DNA of 61,492 bases, counting the filler, from Sphacelaria rigidula (taxonomy: Eukaryota): assembly GCA_964200075.2 (NCBI GenBank). It is 9 parts of 9 records of this genome, joined end to end, with 100 filler letters (N's around TTAATTAATTAA, not from the genome) between each part and the next. Parts side by side here need not be neighbours in the genome. Positions count along the whole stretch, not along the records: positions 34,221 to 40,963 come from CAXNAA020018296.1; positions 41,064 to 47,806 come from CAXNAA020018297.1; positions 47,907 to 54,649 come from CAXNAA020018298.1; 6 more parts are not named here. The stretch is one strand, 5' to 3'. Within the stretch, counting starts at the first letter, position 1. Each line of letters starts with the position of its first letter. Under the pieces are notes generated by a model. That model was not told the DNA's origin. It was given only the letters and a program-made list of their open reading frames with translations, and searched no databases. This document shows, piece by piece, positions 37,601-49,491 of the stretch. The position numbers and the translations under genes are program-made.

Positions 37601-39638
37601 CTTTACCACTCGTGGTTACTAAGAGAATCTATATTGATGCGGGTAACGTGGTCGGAACGGAAACAATAGGGCCAACACGAATACCATCGAAAATTCGAAG
37701 TTTCGAGCACTACGATCTTTTTCTTGTCTCGCTCTCATGAGTCGTGGTTGCCGCTCTTTCAGTGCCCCCGCTCCTCCTTTTGCGTCGCCGTATCATGGTT
37801 GGAGAGGATTGCCTGTAAAGCAAACACAGGGGGTATCGCGAGCGGCGGTTAGGACGAACTGCAAATGCAAAAAATATGTGTCGTTTACCGTGCATGTGCG
37901 CATTGCCTGGACATGAAGAAATAAAACAATTTTCCTAAGGTTATGTTTTGCAGGGTACGGCCTTTTGTATGCCCAGGGTATTTTCCCGGGTATTACCCGA
38001 ACCCGACAGTTCTTTGACTTCTGTAAGACTTTCATATCGGTACCCTGTAGTTTTATGAGTTCTGTTAGCCTCCCGTACTCTTACCGAGGGCATGGGTATA
38101 CCCTGGCGCAAATACCCGGTTGGGGGTGAGGTTTTCTGTGCAACCTCCGTCCTGGTACCCACAGTTCTGCATCTCCCGTAAGATTTGCAAACTGTTGTCC
38201 GACAAGTCTGTGACTTCAGCAAGCCTCCCATATTCTTTCGCGACAGTTCTGTAAGTTCTGTACGAAATGTTTACCCTTACCGGGGCACGGTTATACCCTT
38301 GTAAAGATACCCGGTTGCGGGTTCGGTTTTCTGTGCAACCTTTATACGAACCCTACCCGACAAATTCCGTGAGTTTGTCCGACAAGTTCTGCGAGTCCTA
38401 AGAGTCTCCCATACCCTACCCGATAAGTTCTGTAACTTCTGTGAGGCCTTCATCTCGGTACCCGATAGTTCTGTAAATTCTGTAACTTTTTTTCATGTCC
38501 TACCGAACATACCCGTACCCCACAGGAGACGACCTAATATTTTTTCTCGATTTCTTGACTTCACACCCTCGGAAATTCAAAACTATAGTTCCTCTTGAAT
38601 CTGTTTGCGGCATTGATTAAACGGGAACATACTGCGTGTCGAAGCGCCTAAACATCTGCACGCGCCCCCAAACACAAACGAGTTCTTGTTAGTCACCCCA
38701 CCCATAGACCGAGCGTTGTTAGACCCCTGAGCACATGCACCGCAATGATGATCCTTACGTGTTTTGTACCCTCTACCCATTGCTGGCCCTTTGCTCCCCC
38801 CCCCCCACCGCACCCACCGCACCCCATGGCCCTGTTGCTGCTATCTCATGGCACGGCGCTGTTTTGACAATGTGTGCATTTTTCCAGTTCCTGCCTACTT
38901 CTGTGTTGGCCGCCCTGATTTACGCGGTCATTTTCAAGTTCATCGATTTCAAGGAGCCGTTCCGCTTGTACAGCGTGAGTACCGGAGACATGCTCATGTG
39001 GGTTGCTACGTTCGCGGCTACCATCGGCCTCAGCGTGACGGAGGGTATTGTCGTCGGGATGGCAGCTAGCGCCTTTACTCTCGTTCAAAGGTGAACAAGA
39101 CGTGGGGAATCAAGCGTGTCCTACTGAGCGTATGCAACATAGCTTAGCAACCAGTTCAGGCCGCCAAAAGAGGCGACCTGGAAATCCAGGACGATACGCA
39201 CCGAACGATGGATGGTGACTCACATTGTGTTGGGCCGTGGAAGACAGTGGGGAAACCTTGTGATTGCAGCTTGTTGGTATGAGAATCAGAAGGACGGTCA
39301 GAAATTTCTATATCAAGTTAAGGGCACTCGCCCCCATCTTGTCAGCTGATCCCGAGACCGGCCGTTTGCTGTCGTCGTACGTCTTTGGGAACACTCGTCG
39401 CTCGTACTGCTCCAATAACTATACGGCACGCCCACGCGCAGCGCGTTCCCAATACAGGCGAGTGCGTATGTGCTTCCAGGAGCCCATGAATGGCGTTTTC
39501 AACCCTTCCTCACCCCTCCCTGCCTTGGCATCTCTCGCGTCGTGTATTTCATGGTGAACAGATCATCTACCCCCCTCGTGTCACACTTGGGCCGCCTGCC
39601 GGGCACAGATCATTTCCGCGACATCAAGAGCTACCCCG
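34634..39638 (+). CDS. SLC26/SulP sulfate/bicarbonate anion transporter, partial multi-exon gene
   Basis: Six phase-compatible exons: 34634-34811, 35152-35348 (IVGPIPPGLPPPKFP...AIVAFIVTHSIAKSLA), 35838-35931 (QLFAFGAANLMGSMFSALPGSASLSR), 36528-36628 (GARTIVHN...LLFLSPLLE), 38888-39090 (FLPTSVLAALI...DMLMWVATF...VTEGIVVG), 39562-about 39638 (LGRLPGTDHFRDIKSYP, start of STAS). The last donor is uncertain. Confidence 0.93.
36667..36796. mobile_element. CCCTGGACAA mini-MITE (130 bp, Tc1/mariner-like)
   Basis: CCCTGGACAC ... TTGTCCAGCG|TA. Colinear with 49362-49491. Confidence 0.75.
37123..37583. mobile_element. Fold-back MITE (about 200-bp inverted arms) in SLC26 intron
   Basis: TA|CAGATTTTTGGCCCAC...TTCACTTTTGGGACGTTT ... 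AAACGTCCCAAAAGTGAA...GTGGGTCAAAAATCTG. Confidence 0.85.
37936..38537 (-). mobile_element. CAAGG-TIR element with internal subrepeats (hAT-like non-autonomous)
   Basis: Ends TAAGGTTATGTTTTGCAGGGTACG and CGTACCCCACAGGAGACGACCTAA. Inverted relative to 44494-45073. Flanks AATTTTCC/TATTTTTT may be a decayed 8-bp TSD. Confidence 0.8.
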
Positions 39639-40963
39639 GTGCGATAACGATTGACGAGTTGTATACCCTTGCACTTGGAAGTTTCTTCGGCTCACTTACC
39701 TTGTTTTGTAGCACAATTGTTCTTGTCTGCTAGCGGGTTGCGGCAACAGCTCCAATTTCCGGCCAACATGCCTTCCCGTCCCTCTCGCGCAACGCTTAGC
39801 ATGACCGTGTCAAGTTTTTCTAGGATTGCGGGAACCGAAAAGGGAGCACGTTCGAAATGTATCCTCGCCTACGCACATTCTTGCTGCAATACGTCCCCGG
39901 CCCATTTTTCTTCCCCCCCCGGCTCACGATGTGGTGTGGCGTTGCGTCGTGTCTTGTGTACATGCGTGTGTTGACTACGTCGGTGTGGTGCTTCAGATGC
40001 TGTTCGCCTACCGGGGGTGGAAGTGTTGCGCTTTGGCGCATCGATTACGTTCGCAAACAAGGATGTGCTCCGCCGCGCAGTGGTCAAGATGGTTGAAAAG
40101 TCAGATACCGAAGTGCGCCACGCCGATAAAGAAGGACGGCCGCGAAAACCACCGCTGCAGGTATGATGAGATGATTGGTGGGTGGGTGTATGTAGCACGC
40201 GCTGGACACCTCTTGGTGCTTCACACATGACAGTTCGTGAATTGTTTCCTTGGTGTGCTTTACGGAGGACAGTTCGTTTTTTTTTGTGTGTTTGTGTGTA
40301 AAAAGTCTACGCACAGTACACACATGTCGCTTGGCATACCCAGCCGAGTCACTAGGCAGCCTTGTGTGCACCACTTGTATGTTGTACCCGAACTAGTGTT
40401 TCACTCGTCACTCTTGATGTATTCCATCAGACGTGCACAGACCGGTCCCACTACTTTGAGACGAAGCAGTGTCTACGGGGTAAACAGCCCGAGCAGCAGC
40501 AACGTTCGGCCCAGCAGGGAGGTGTCCCCCTATCGCACAGCCGGGGTGCACCGCGCGGTCTGATCAACCGTTCGGGCACTTCGTTTGGCGCGATGATGAA
40601 ACTTCCGATACGGCCGGAGTTGAGATGAGATGGATTGATACAAGAGTCGACATAGCTGACTTCTTCCTAGATTGTCCTATACACGTCTCGACACTGAAGT
40701 CGTCGCTGGAGTGTGATTCCCGAAACAAGGAGTTGAGATGACTATGATAATGGTGGAGGATTTCCAAGCCCGTGGAAATTGAACTTAATTCACTTGAGGT
40801 GTTGAGAATTGGGACCTGAAATTATGGTGAGAGGTGCTCATCATTAGATTGAAGGCCATCACTGGTGCTGTTTTTTTATTCCCCCCCCTTTTTTGCGGAC
40901 CCCCGATGGGGTTGGCGTCGCTTGGCGATGACGCTGTAAAACACGCCACTCACTACGTAAGCT

Positions 40964-41063
40964 NNNNNNNNNNNNNNNNNNNNNNNNNNNNNNNNNNNNN
41001 NNNNNNNTTAATTAATTAANNNNNNNNNNNNNNNNNNNNNNNNNNNNNNNNNNNNNNNNNNNN
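40964..41063. other. Artificial contig spacer
   Basis: 44 N + TTAATTAATTAA + 44 N. Confidence 0.99.
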
Positions 41064-42294
41064 CACCCCGCAAGCTGTCGGGAAGAATATGGCTTCAGAT
41101 TGCAACAAGCGTGAACTGTGAGCGACACTGGCGGAAACAATCGCGGGCGTTCCGAGCTGCGCCAGAAGTCACCAGTTAAGAAATCGAGGCTCAGATTTTT
41201 CAGGTTTTAAGATTTCGATAATGACAAAGGTTGCTCAGGTCAAGGCGAAAATAAGGCTAAGAAATCGGAAGATTCAAGAGGCCCGGCGAATTAGAAATCT
41301 GTCATCGACACTGTAGCCTTTGGAAATAAGAAACTGGTGGCAGACCCATGAGCCCCTCGACGCAAGGAGCCCCTCGACGCAAGGATGCCCCACCCCTCTT
41401 TACCTCTCCCGCCGCTGAATACGGTACAGTAGTCAGTACTCATTCTTGTACAGTACTACAACTATTTACAATAATTCATATATTACCTAACCTTTGAAGG
41501 CAAAAATGGACGTTTGTTTTCAAGAATTCCATAATTTTTTACGAGTCCGGGAGAAATAAGAAATTGGCTTTTCAGAGATTCATCATTCATTGCACGTGTG
41601 CGGAAAGTAAGAAAATGGCTCTAAGAAATATACTTGGCTCGGCGATACGAATAAGAAACGAGCCTCACCCCAGATTAGAGCTTCTCACGTAATGTCGCCA
41701 CCGGTACTGCGCCGATAGCTTCTATCGTCTGCGATACCGTTACTCCTCCGCATGAAAAGGGGGTGGTACGGGAACTGTGGTACAAATTGGGGGCAAGGGT
41801 CACATCGACCATCCGCTGCGCTGCAGAGTGATTTAGCTTATTGAAGAGGAAACGTTGGAGAACACGTTCGGACTTCCCTCCCCCCAGCGCCCATCACAAC
41901 TCGTCACAGCAACGATTGCCGGCGGTTCGCTCGATGTCAGACCACCGTTCATTCCAGCCACAGACTAGCGCCAATGGCTGTGCAATGATAGACGCATATA
42001 GGATTAACAAAAGACAATCTTGCAGATCGTGGTTTGGGTTCAGAGTTGGACTTACAGTCATCTTTAAAATGAACTCGTCCGGTGTTCATTAATACCTGCA
42101 CAAACGCACGACCGGAGATTCACCCAAGGGTGTCAGCACACCAACCTCAACACACTTGTGCCCCAAAGGGCGCACTGCACCATGTAAAGAACACCATTGC
42201 TATGTACACGAGGCGAGCTCTGTGACCATCTCCTGGAGAAGACAATCTTGAATAACGCAAATGCAATAGTCCACTTTACAAACCAAAATGATAA

Positions 42295-43900
42295 TTACAA
42301 TTTGTCCATCAGGCGCAATCTAAACATGAAATCATCATACTTATTATCTTCCTCTGTTGCCGGGTCATCTGTCTCCGACCCGCTGAACTCCAAATCGGAA
42401 TATTCAATCCAGATGCCGGCTGCACTTCTTGAGCCGTCGCTGTTGTAGTCTTTATGTCCACCGTCGCGACAATAACGACTATTCGGGGATATTCCTAGAC
42501 CCCATCCCTCTCCCACCACACTCCCACCGCCAAACCGGCGCGGCTCATCGCCGTGCCTCACGCTGACTGCTGCCCTCGACGCGTTGGTCGCTCCACTCGC
42601 CTTGGTTCTTCTACGGTCCGCCGTGGATCCGTCTCTCCCGCGCTTCGCTATGGATCCGCGCCTCCCACGCTTCGCCGCGGATCCGCCCCTGGCAGAAATA
42701 GATCGTTCACGTGCACCGTCATTTCTACTGTCAGCATCACTACTGGAAGTCGCCTCGGTTGCCCCAGAGGACGGCGGGGATAGCAAGCAGCGACCCTGGC
42801 AACCGCAGCTCAGCGTGCAGTTCCCCAGACACCTATATTTTTTGCAACGGTGGTATCTTTGTGGCGCCTTCGCCGGGTTACATAAGCACCTCAGGGTCCG
42901 CACGTTCCCGGACCCATCATCATACGTGTGGCTTGATAAATAAATAACGAAGTTGTCCCGCGTGAGCGCCCCTGCCTCTCTGCTCTCCAGTTTTATGCCC
43001 CGCTTGTGATGAGTCTTCTGGGGTTCAACGACCCAACCGCGGCCATTAAAGTCCACCGTGGGCATCTTCTTCTGAAACCCCTCTCCCCAGTGTTCGAATA
43101 CCGCGTCAGACTTACTCACGTGCTTTCGACAGGCGTCCAAGTCTGGGCAGCACCGGAAAGGCATATGCCCATGTACTGCGGTGATTCACAGGCGGATCTT
43201 GTTGACATACGATCCCAAGTCCCACCCCCCCGTGGCGAAGAGAAGCCCCGGGTCCGTGGCGATTTGCGCAGAAGCGTTTTCGTCCCTGGAAAAAAACATG
43301 GCGGCCGGCAGCTTCACGCCCTCATCGATGTCCACTTTTAGGATGCCGTCCTCTTCCGTGAATATCGGTGCTGTCAACAGATTCGGCGTACGCAGGGCCT
43401 TCAGCACGGAATCCCACAGCTTGAGGAAAGGAATCCTGGACACATAGGTAAGAAGTTGCATTCAGCCAAAAGCCAGGTCAACACAAATAATTATACCTTC
43501 ATAGATGGCGTCCATCACGTATACTGACCGGCGGGTGGCCAAGCGCTCTCACTCCCATCCCTCAGATTCTCGGTGGAGCTGTATACCCTGTCCTCGAGGA
43601 TGTACCGGGGGCCACCGCTCACTATCGTTCAACAGTGACTTGCGCTGCGTCGGGGCCCTGCGGCGTGATATGTCCGGAGGACATGGCTAGCAACACAATA
43701 ATCCACTGATCAGTATCAATCGAAGTCACCAGCCACTTCTTCTAGTGCTTCTTGAACAACCTCTCGGAGTGGATGATGCAGTGGACTGTAGACATCTCAC
43801 CCTCACCAACCCCGGGTCCAGCTGCGCTGTGGATACTCTGATCAGGCCCACTGCCATTGCGCCACCACAGCAAAGACTGGAAGGCTGGGGAAGCGCCGCA
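42295..43900 (-). mobile_element. Decayed Academ(X)-like transposon protein: XPG/PIN-like nuclease + Cys8 finger
   Basis: Minus strand, with frameshifts and stops: GEGE (43807-43796), VTSIDTDQWIIVLLA (DTD at 43717-43709), LAECNFLP (43469-43446, a decayed GCDFLP), PDLDACRKHV..DAVFEHW...GRGW, and eight Cys at 42888-42787. Confidence 0.65.
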
Positions 43901-44493
43901 CTACGTAGACCCTGGTCCGCTGCCGCCGCTATTTCCACGTTGCCTGTCAGTACCGCAATATACGATGGTGGAGTCTTCCGAACCGCCGCGCGGGTGCCAA
44001 GACCCACCCTTCGCACCGTCGTCGGCACCGACGCAGCCCCGCTCCCCCGTCCGTCTGTCACCACCGCAAGATATATCCGCTGTGTCGGTGCTGCGAAAAC
44101 TTTGCCGTCGAAACCTCCGCGTTCCGCAGCTGTCGCCGTCCGCGGCGTCGCCGCTCCTCCCCCCCCCCATCTGGCTGACTCACTCGGAGTCTGTCCGTCG
44201 AGATCCACTCCCGACAACGGATGTGATACGAGTTGGGCGGAATGGAGGCCCGAGTGATACAGTTGCTTCACCACCTGTCTGGAGGACATGAGATAAATCG
44301 ATGTATGGATGCAAAATGTCAGCTGTCTCGTCGGTTTAGAATTGGGAGCGCCGGAGTCAAATACTCGTACCAAGCTCTGAAAAGCACAACTGCAGGCGCC
44401 ATTGATTCCGATCGAAATCACAACCATGATCCCAAACATGAGCCAAGAAGTCAGATGCTGCTATATTAAGCAATTGCGCTTTGCAGAATCATG

Positions 44494-45073
44494 CAAGGTT
44501 GTGTCCTGTAGGGTGCGGGTATGTTCTGTGGGGTGTGAGACTCCTTACAAAACTTGAAGAAATATAGGGTACCGGTATGAAAGTCTCACATAAATTAAAA
44601 AACTGCCGGGTACCGGTTTGAAAATCTTACAGAAATCGCAGAACTTGTCGGGTACGGTACGGGAGACTTACAGAAAAACCGTGCCGATAATGGGGTTCGT
44701 CTTCAAGAGTATACCCGCGCTCCTGGTACGGGTAAACATCATGTACAGAACTCACAGAGCTGTCGGGTAAGGGTATGGGACGCTTGCAGAACTCACAGAA
44801 ACTGTCAGGCAGGGTATGAAGGTTGCACAGAAAACCGTACCCGCAACCGGGTATCTCATCAAGAGCATACCAGCGCCCACCGATGACGGTACGGGAGGCT
44901 TACAGAAGTCACAGAACTATCGGGTAAGGGTATGAAAGTCTTGGAGAGATTAAACAACTGTCGGGTACCGGTAAAAAAGTCTTACAGAAGTCACAGAACT
45001 GTTAAGTACGGTAAATGCCAGGGAAAATACCCCAGTTATATAGAAAAATCGTATCCTACAAAACATGACCTTG
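44494..45073 (+). mobile_element. CAAGG-TIR element with internal subrepeats (hAT-like non-autonomous)
   Basis: CAAGGTTGTGTCCTGTAGGGTGCG ... CGTATCCTACAAAACATGACCTTG, with repeated ACAGAACTCACAGAACTGTCGGGTA units. Confidence 0.85.
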
Positions 45074-45719
45074 GTATTATCATCACTCCGGTGGTGGGAC
45101 CTGCGTCACTACCGTGGCGAACTACGGATGGCCGTTAACAAAAACTCTGAACAACTTCATGGGGCTAATAGAAAAATACTACACGAACACACGCAGTAGC
45201 ACATGTGCACGGGATCGTCAACATCTATCGGCTTTACGTACACCCCCACGGTGTACATGAAGGAGCATTCACGGCTGCCCGCTCTCTGGAAGCCCTTCGG
45301 CACGACGGAATCGTCGACGGCCTTGACGACTTCCGGTAGCAGCTACTATTCTCTGCTGTGCATGTCGATAACGGCCTGGGGTTCGATGACCACGACACGA
45401 ATACCATCAACGTCGATGGCCTGCGGCTTGCTACTTGCTCCCCTGGTGGCGCAGGTGAGCCGCTCCACTCGAGTCTGGGGGTGATCCATTTAGACGGTCT
45501 GCAGTGCTGCTCATGTTTCTTGCTTCCACTTTGCAGTACCTCGTATCCCGTCAAATTATAAACTAAAAAACTTTCCAACATTGATTCTTTGTTGGTGTGC
45601 AGTATTGAATGAAGGAGTGGGGTGAGTTGCTCGATGGGAGGTACATGTTCAGGTCATGAGGTTGTGCTTGGATTGAGCCTATATTCATACCTCTCCAACG
45701 TATATACCTGTGCTGTACC

Positions 45720-46269
45720 TGCAATCGGGTATATCTACAACGGTATACCCTAACCCCGGGTAGGGGTATGGGAGGCTTACAGAGCTCACAGAACTGTCGG
45801 GTACCTGTACCGGTTTGAAAATCTTACAGAAATTGCAGAACTTGTCGGGTATGGTATGGGAGACTTACAGAAAAACCGTGCCGATAATGGGGTTCGTCTT
45901 CAAGAGCATACCCGCGCTCCGGGTGCGGGTAAACATTATGTACAGAACTAACAGAACCGTCGGGCAAGGGTATGGGAGGCTTACAGAACTCACAGAATCT
46001 GTTGAGTAGGGTATGAAGGTTGCACAGAAAACCGTACCCGCAATCGGGTATCTTATCAAAAGCGTACCCGTATTCCCCAGTGACGGTACGGGAGGCTTAC
46101 AGAACTCACAGGACTATATGGTAAGGGTATGAAAGTCTTGGAGAGATTACACAACTGTCGGGTACCGGTATGAACGCCTTACAGAAGTCACAGAACTGTC
46201 GGGGACGGTAAATACCCGGGAAAATACTCCGGGTATACAGAGAACCTTATCCTACGGAACACAACCTTG
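45720..46269 (+). mobile_element. CAAGG-TIR element, second copy (left end unclear)
   Basis: Closely similar to 44600-45073. Right TIR CCTTATCCTACGGAACACAACCTTG. Confidence 0.8.
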
Positions 46270-46505
46270 GAACCATGCAGCAACCTGGGACTCGTGGAGC
46301 TGTTACCTCGGGGTCGACATTGGCGTCGTATGCAACATTCAGACTGCCCCCGCCGACGTCCAAGCAGGCATCCAGACGTTGCACCCCGTGAGTCTGGGGG
46401 ATCCTCCACATCTACCATTAAAAAAGAGGGAATGGACGCGGGGGGGGTGAATGGGTGGAGGGTTGAGAATCAGTGCGTTTGACATAGCGTGCCTTCCATC
46501 GTGTG

Positions 46506-46595
46506 TTTTGTTCGTCGGAACGAACTCCACCACTGAGCCACTCAGTCAGCGCTGACTGAGTGGCTCCATGATGGAGTTCGTTCTGACGAACAAAA
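46506..46595. repeat. 90-bp palindrome with a perfect 32-bp spacerless core
   Basis: GAGCCACTCAGTCAGCGCTGACTGAGTGGCTC (46535-46566), flanked by TTTTGTTCGTCGGAACGAACTCCA / TGGAGTTCGTTCTGACGAACAAAA. Confidence 0.9.
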
Positions 46596-47169
46596 GGAGT
46601 GCGAGATCGATTCTTGGCGCGATCACTTCTTCTTTCCCATTGTCCAAGAAATATTTTTCCCATAGTTGTGGAAGTATATCAGAACGTCCACGCCCACCCT
46701 GGTCACTTCGGCAGCGTTGGCGAGGGGTAACCCGGAGAAGGCACCGAGAGTACGAAATCAAGAACACTCGTGCAGTACCGGCCTACGTCAGCGGAGCTGT
46801 GGTTCCGACATATGATACTTGTATCTGATGCTGCAGCGTTCGATCGTGGTACTGTAGCACCGTTCAACTCATCAAGTAGGTTTGTATGTCGGCGTCGACT
46901 CCGTAGGTGTTGCTCAACGTTTACGGCTGTTAGAATCCGGACGAGGGTTCCGAACATACGCTCCAGAAGCCAACAGGAGCACTATCAGCGATGTGCGTGA
47001 TGGACGACGCAACCCAAAGATATACACGTTATCCACCTACACAGTGCGCAGGATTTGATTCTTGCAGGATTCGACCCGACCGCCCTTACGTAGATACACT
47101 TCAGCAACTACTACCCTTATCTTTGGCGGGCTGCACTATGCCCTTGTGGCAGTGCAGTACACAACACCA

Positions 47170-47245
47170 TGTTCTACTGTGCTGTGCTGTGCTGCACTGC
47201 ACTGGACTCTACTGCACTGTACCAGCTACTGTACTGTACTGAAGT
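47170..47245. repeat. Pentanucleotide microsatellite (CTGTG/CTGTA)n
   Basis: CTGTGCTGTGCTGTGCTGCACTGCACTG...CTGTACTGTACTG. Confidence 0.85.
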
Positions 47246-47735
47246 TAGGTGTTCTGTTTTCACCGTATCTGGCACTCCAGAGCAGACGTGCACGGGTGCG
47301 GAGCAAAATTTAAACTTTTCAAACTTCAGCCGAGTCGTTTATATGACAGCACGGATGGATTTTAATAAATCCTTGTGCAATGGAAATAATATTTTTTGCA
47401 GATGGGGAAACAACTCTCCACATCTCTACCAATGGTGTAGCACGAGCGCGGTGCTCTCCCTAAACACCGGAGGGCAGGTTTCACGGGGGGGGGGGTGGTG
47501 TTCACTCTCGGCCATGCGGATTCTGCGATTACTCGTTGCTTCCGTTACTACTACCGTTAAAACTTGCAAGAAGGAATGCCAGTCTATATTTCAACACACC
47601 TCGATCGCTCTCGCGTCCCCGCCTTCCACCAGAGCGATGCTGTGTGGTCCGCTGCTGTATGCACAGCAGGCGCAGACCCTCCGCGCGAAATCGGGATACT
47701 TGCCATCATCCAGCATTTTACAAGGAGGCCTCTAA

Positions 47736-47806
47736 GGCCGCTTCCTATAATAGACAAAAATTAAAACCCAGAAAAATGTCTTTTTGGAGCTTTTACGTCG
47801 TTTTAC
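47736..47806. mobile_element. PIF/Harbinger (Tourist)-like terminus, truncated by contig end
   Basis: TAA|GGCCGCTTCCTATA. A related terminus TAA|GGCCGCTTCTTATA starts at 54380. Confidence 0.5.
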
Positions 47807-47906
47807 NNNNNNNNNNNNNNNNNNNNNNNNNNNNNNNNNNNNNNNNNNNNTTAATTAATTAANNNNNNNNNNNNNNNNNNNNNNNNNNNNNNNNNNNNNN
47901 NNNNNN
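47807..47906. other. Artificial contig spacer
   Basis: 44 N + TTAATTAATTAA + 44 N. Confidence 0.99.
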
Positions 47907-48057
47907 GGGGATGTTCTGAGGAGAATTATTCTGGGTTTAGAATTGTGAGGAGCCCCTGAACTAGACAAAATTTCGCGAAAAAAGTGCACCCCTACCGTAG
48001 CATTGCTCGCTAAAACTTTCATGGTACAGCCAAGTGCCCCCTCTACTGACTTTGTAC

Positions 48058-48207
48058 CTGATCGTTCCTGAGAAGGCGAAAGTTGATGTTGTTGAGGTTG
48101 CGCCACTTGAGTAGGAAGTTCGGGCTGTTGGCGTACGTTGAGCGTGTCCACCCCCGTCGCCGCAAAGTCTCGATCACGTCCGCAAATTTGTTATCTGCTA
48201 TGAAAAC
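48058..48207 (-). CDS. Single exon of a tubulin-tyrosine-ligase-like protein (TTLL3/TTLL8 glycylase-like N-terminal region)
   Basis: CAG|GTT...CAG|GTACAA, 150 nt, phase 0: VFIADNKFADVIETLRRRGWTRSTYANSPNFLLKWRNLNNINFRLLRNDQ. This matches the TTLL L..RGW...F..KW...L...Q(xVNHF) pattern. Confidence 0.75.
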
Positions 48208-49361
48208 CTGTTTCGAGAGCATGACAGTAGTACACAGAGAGTACAGTGACATGCAACGACGGACTGGACAGTGTTGTACGATGTATCCAGGACATTGGTA
48301 CTGTAAGTACATTGAAACGGATTGAGGGGGTTGCCGGCATCCCAGTCTACTTTGTATATTTATGGTCCCTATCCAATGCTCCTTGCTTCATGATACAGCT
48401 CGGGTAGGTAGGTGGAGCGACAGAGTAACCACGACACGCCCTGGTGGTAATGCTGGGTATTTCCGTGGGATGGTCCTATATGTAGCAGCGATGAGCGTGG
48501 CCTACGGTTGTCCTTGGGTTACACATCGCGGGTTACCCAAATATCGGAAGAAACTCTGGACCGAAGAAGATTGAAAATAAGAGTCGATCGGCGTCGTCGA
48601 TACACGGCGTCACCTTGTACAACACCCTCTCCACTTTGGTCTTACCGCCGTTTTTCTTGCAGCAGGAGACGGCGGTATCTATATGATTAATATGAAAAAG
48701 AAGTTTTATGCTTGGTGGATTTGACTACCACGAACGAGAGCCGAAACAGTATATTGTATTTAATTATCGCAAGGGCTGAACGCGCCAGGTTTAGTACCCG
48801 TTGTGATAAGATTGTAGATATCGCGAAAAAGATTGTACCATGTAGTACATAGAGTGATCCTAGGGCGTTACCCCTTTTGGAACTCACCATGGAAAATGGA
48901 TCATTTGCAATTGACGGTTTTTGAGCACGATATGGTTGATGGTTTACAGCTCAGACGCAACAACATTCACCCAATGCGTATTTTTCAGACCCTTGCGAGT
49001 GACAAGTGGAACAAAAGAACGTTTCCTATTTACCGATGTGCCGTACCAGACCCTGATACCCATTGCTGTTTTTTCAATGGAATGTTTCATAGTGTTTTTG
49101 CTGATTATTGTCGATGGACACAATTAGACACACTTCATCCGTTGGGTGGCATGATTGGACAAACCTCACCCGACCTCTCCAGGGAGGACATTTTTCCTGC
49201 ACCCGCCGCGTGTGCTACTGGATTTTTTTTCGGTCTTCCACTATAAAATGGTTGTCGTCAGCCTTTTCTGCTTCCATCTTTTCCTCTTTGCATGGCTTCT
49301 CATAATGAGGCGTTTGGCCCGGGGACAGGAGGGGAGGGTTGCAAAAGGGTTAACACTCACA

Positions 49362-49491
49362 CCCTGGACAATAGATTCCATTGTCAGAAAATGTACTGCG
49401 TACAGTATGGAATCTAGTGTATATTGCAATAGGCGCAATAATCGGTACTGTATGCAGTACACTTTTTGACTGTGTATTCTCTTGTCCAGGG
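49362..49491. mobile_element. CCCTGGACAA mini-MITE (130 bp)
   Basis: CA|CCCTGGACAATAGA ... TCTCTTGTCCAGGG|TA. Confidence 0.8.

Noticed and set aside
36940..37622. Overlapping 120-204 aa ORFs on both strands
   Set aside because: They are by-products of a fold-back MITE in an SLC26 intron.
44494..46269. CRISPR-like repeat-spacer array from ACAGAACT..TCGGGTA units
   Set aside because: The units are degenerate and irregular, lack unique spacers, and sit inside a TIR element in eukaryotic DNA.
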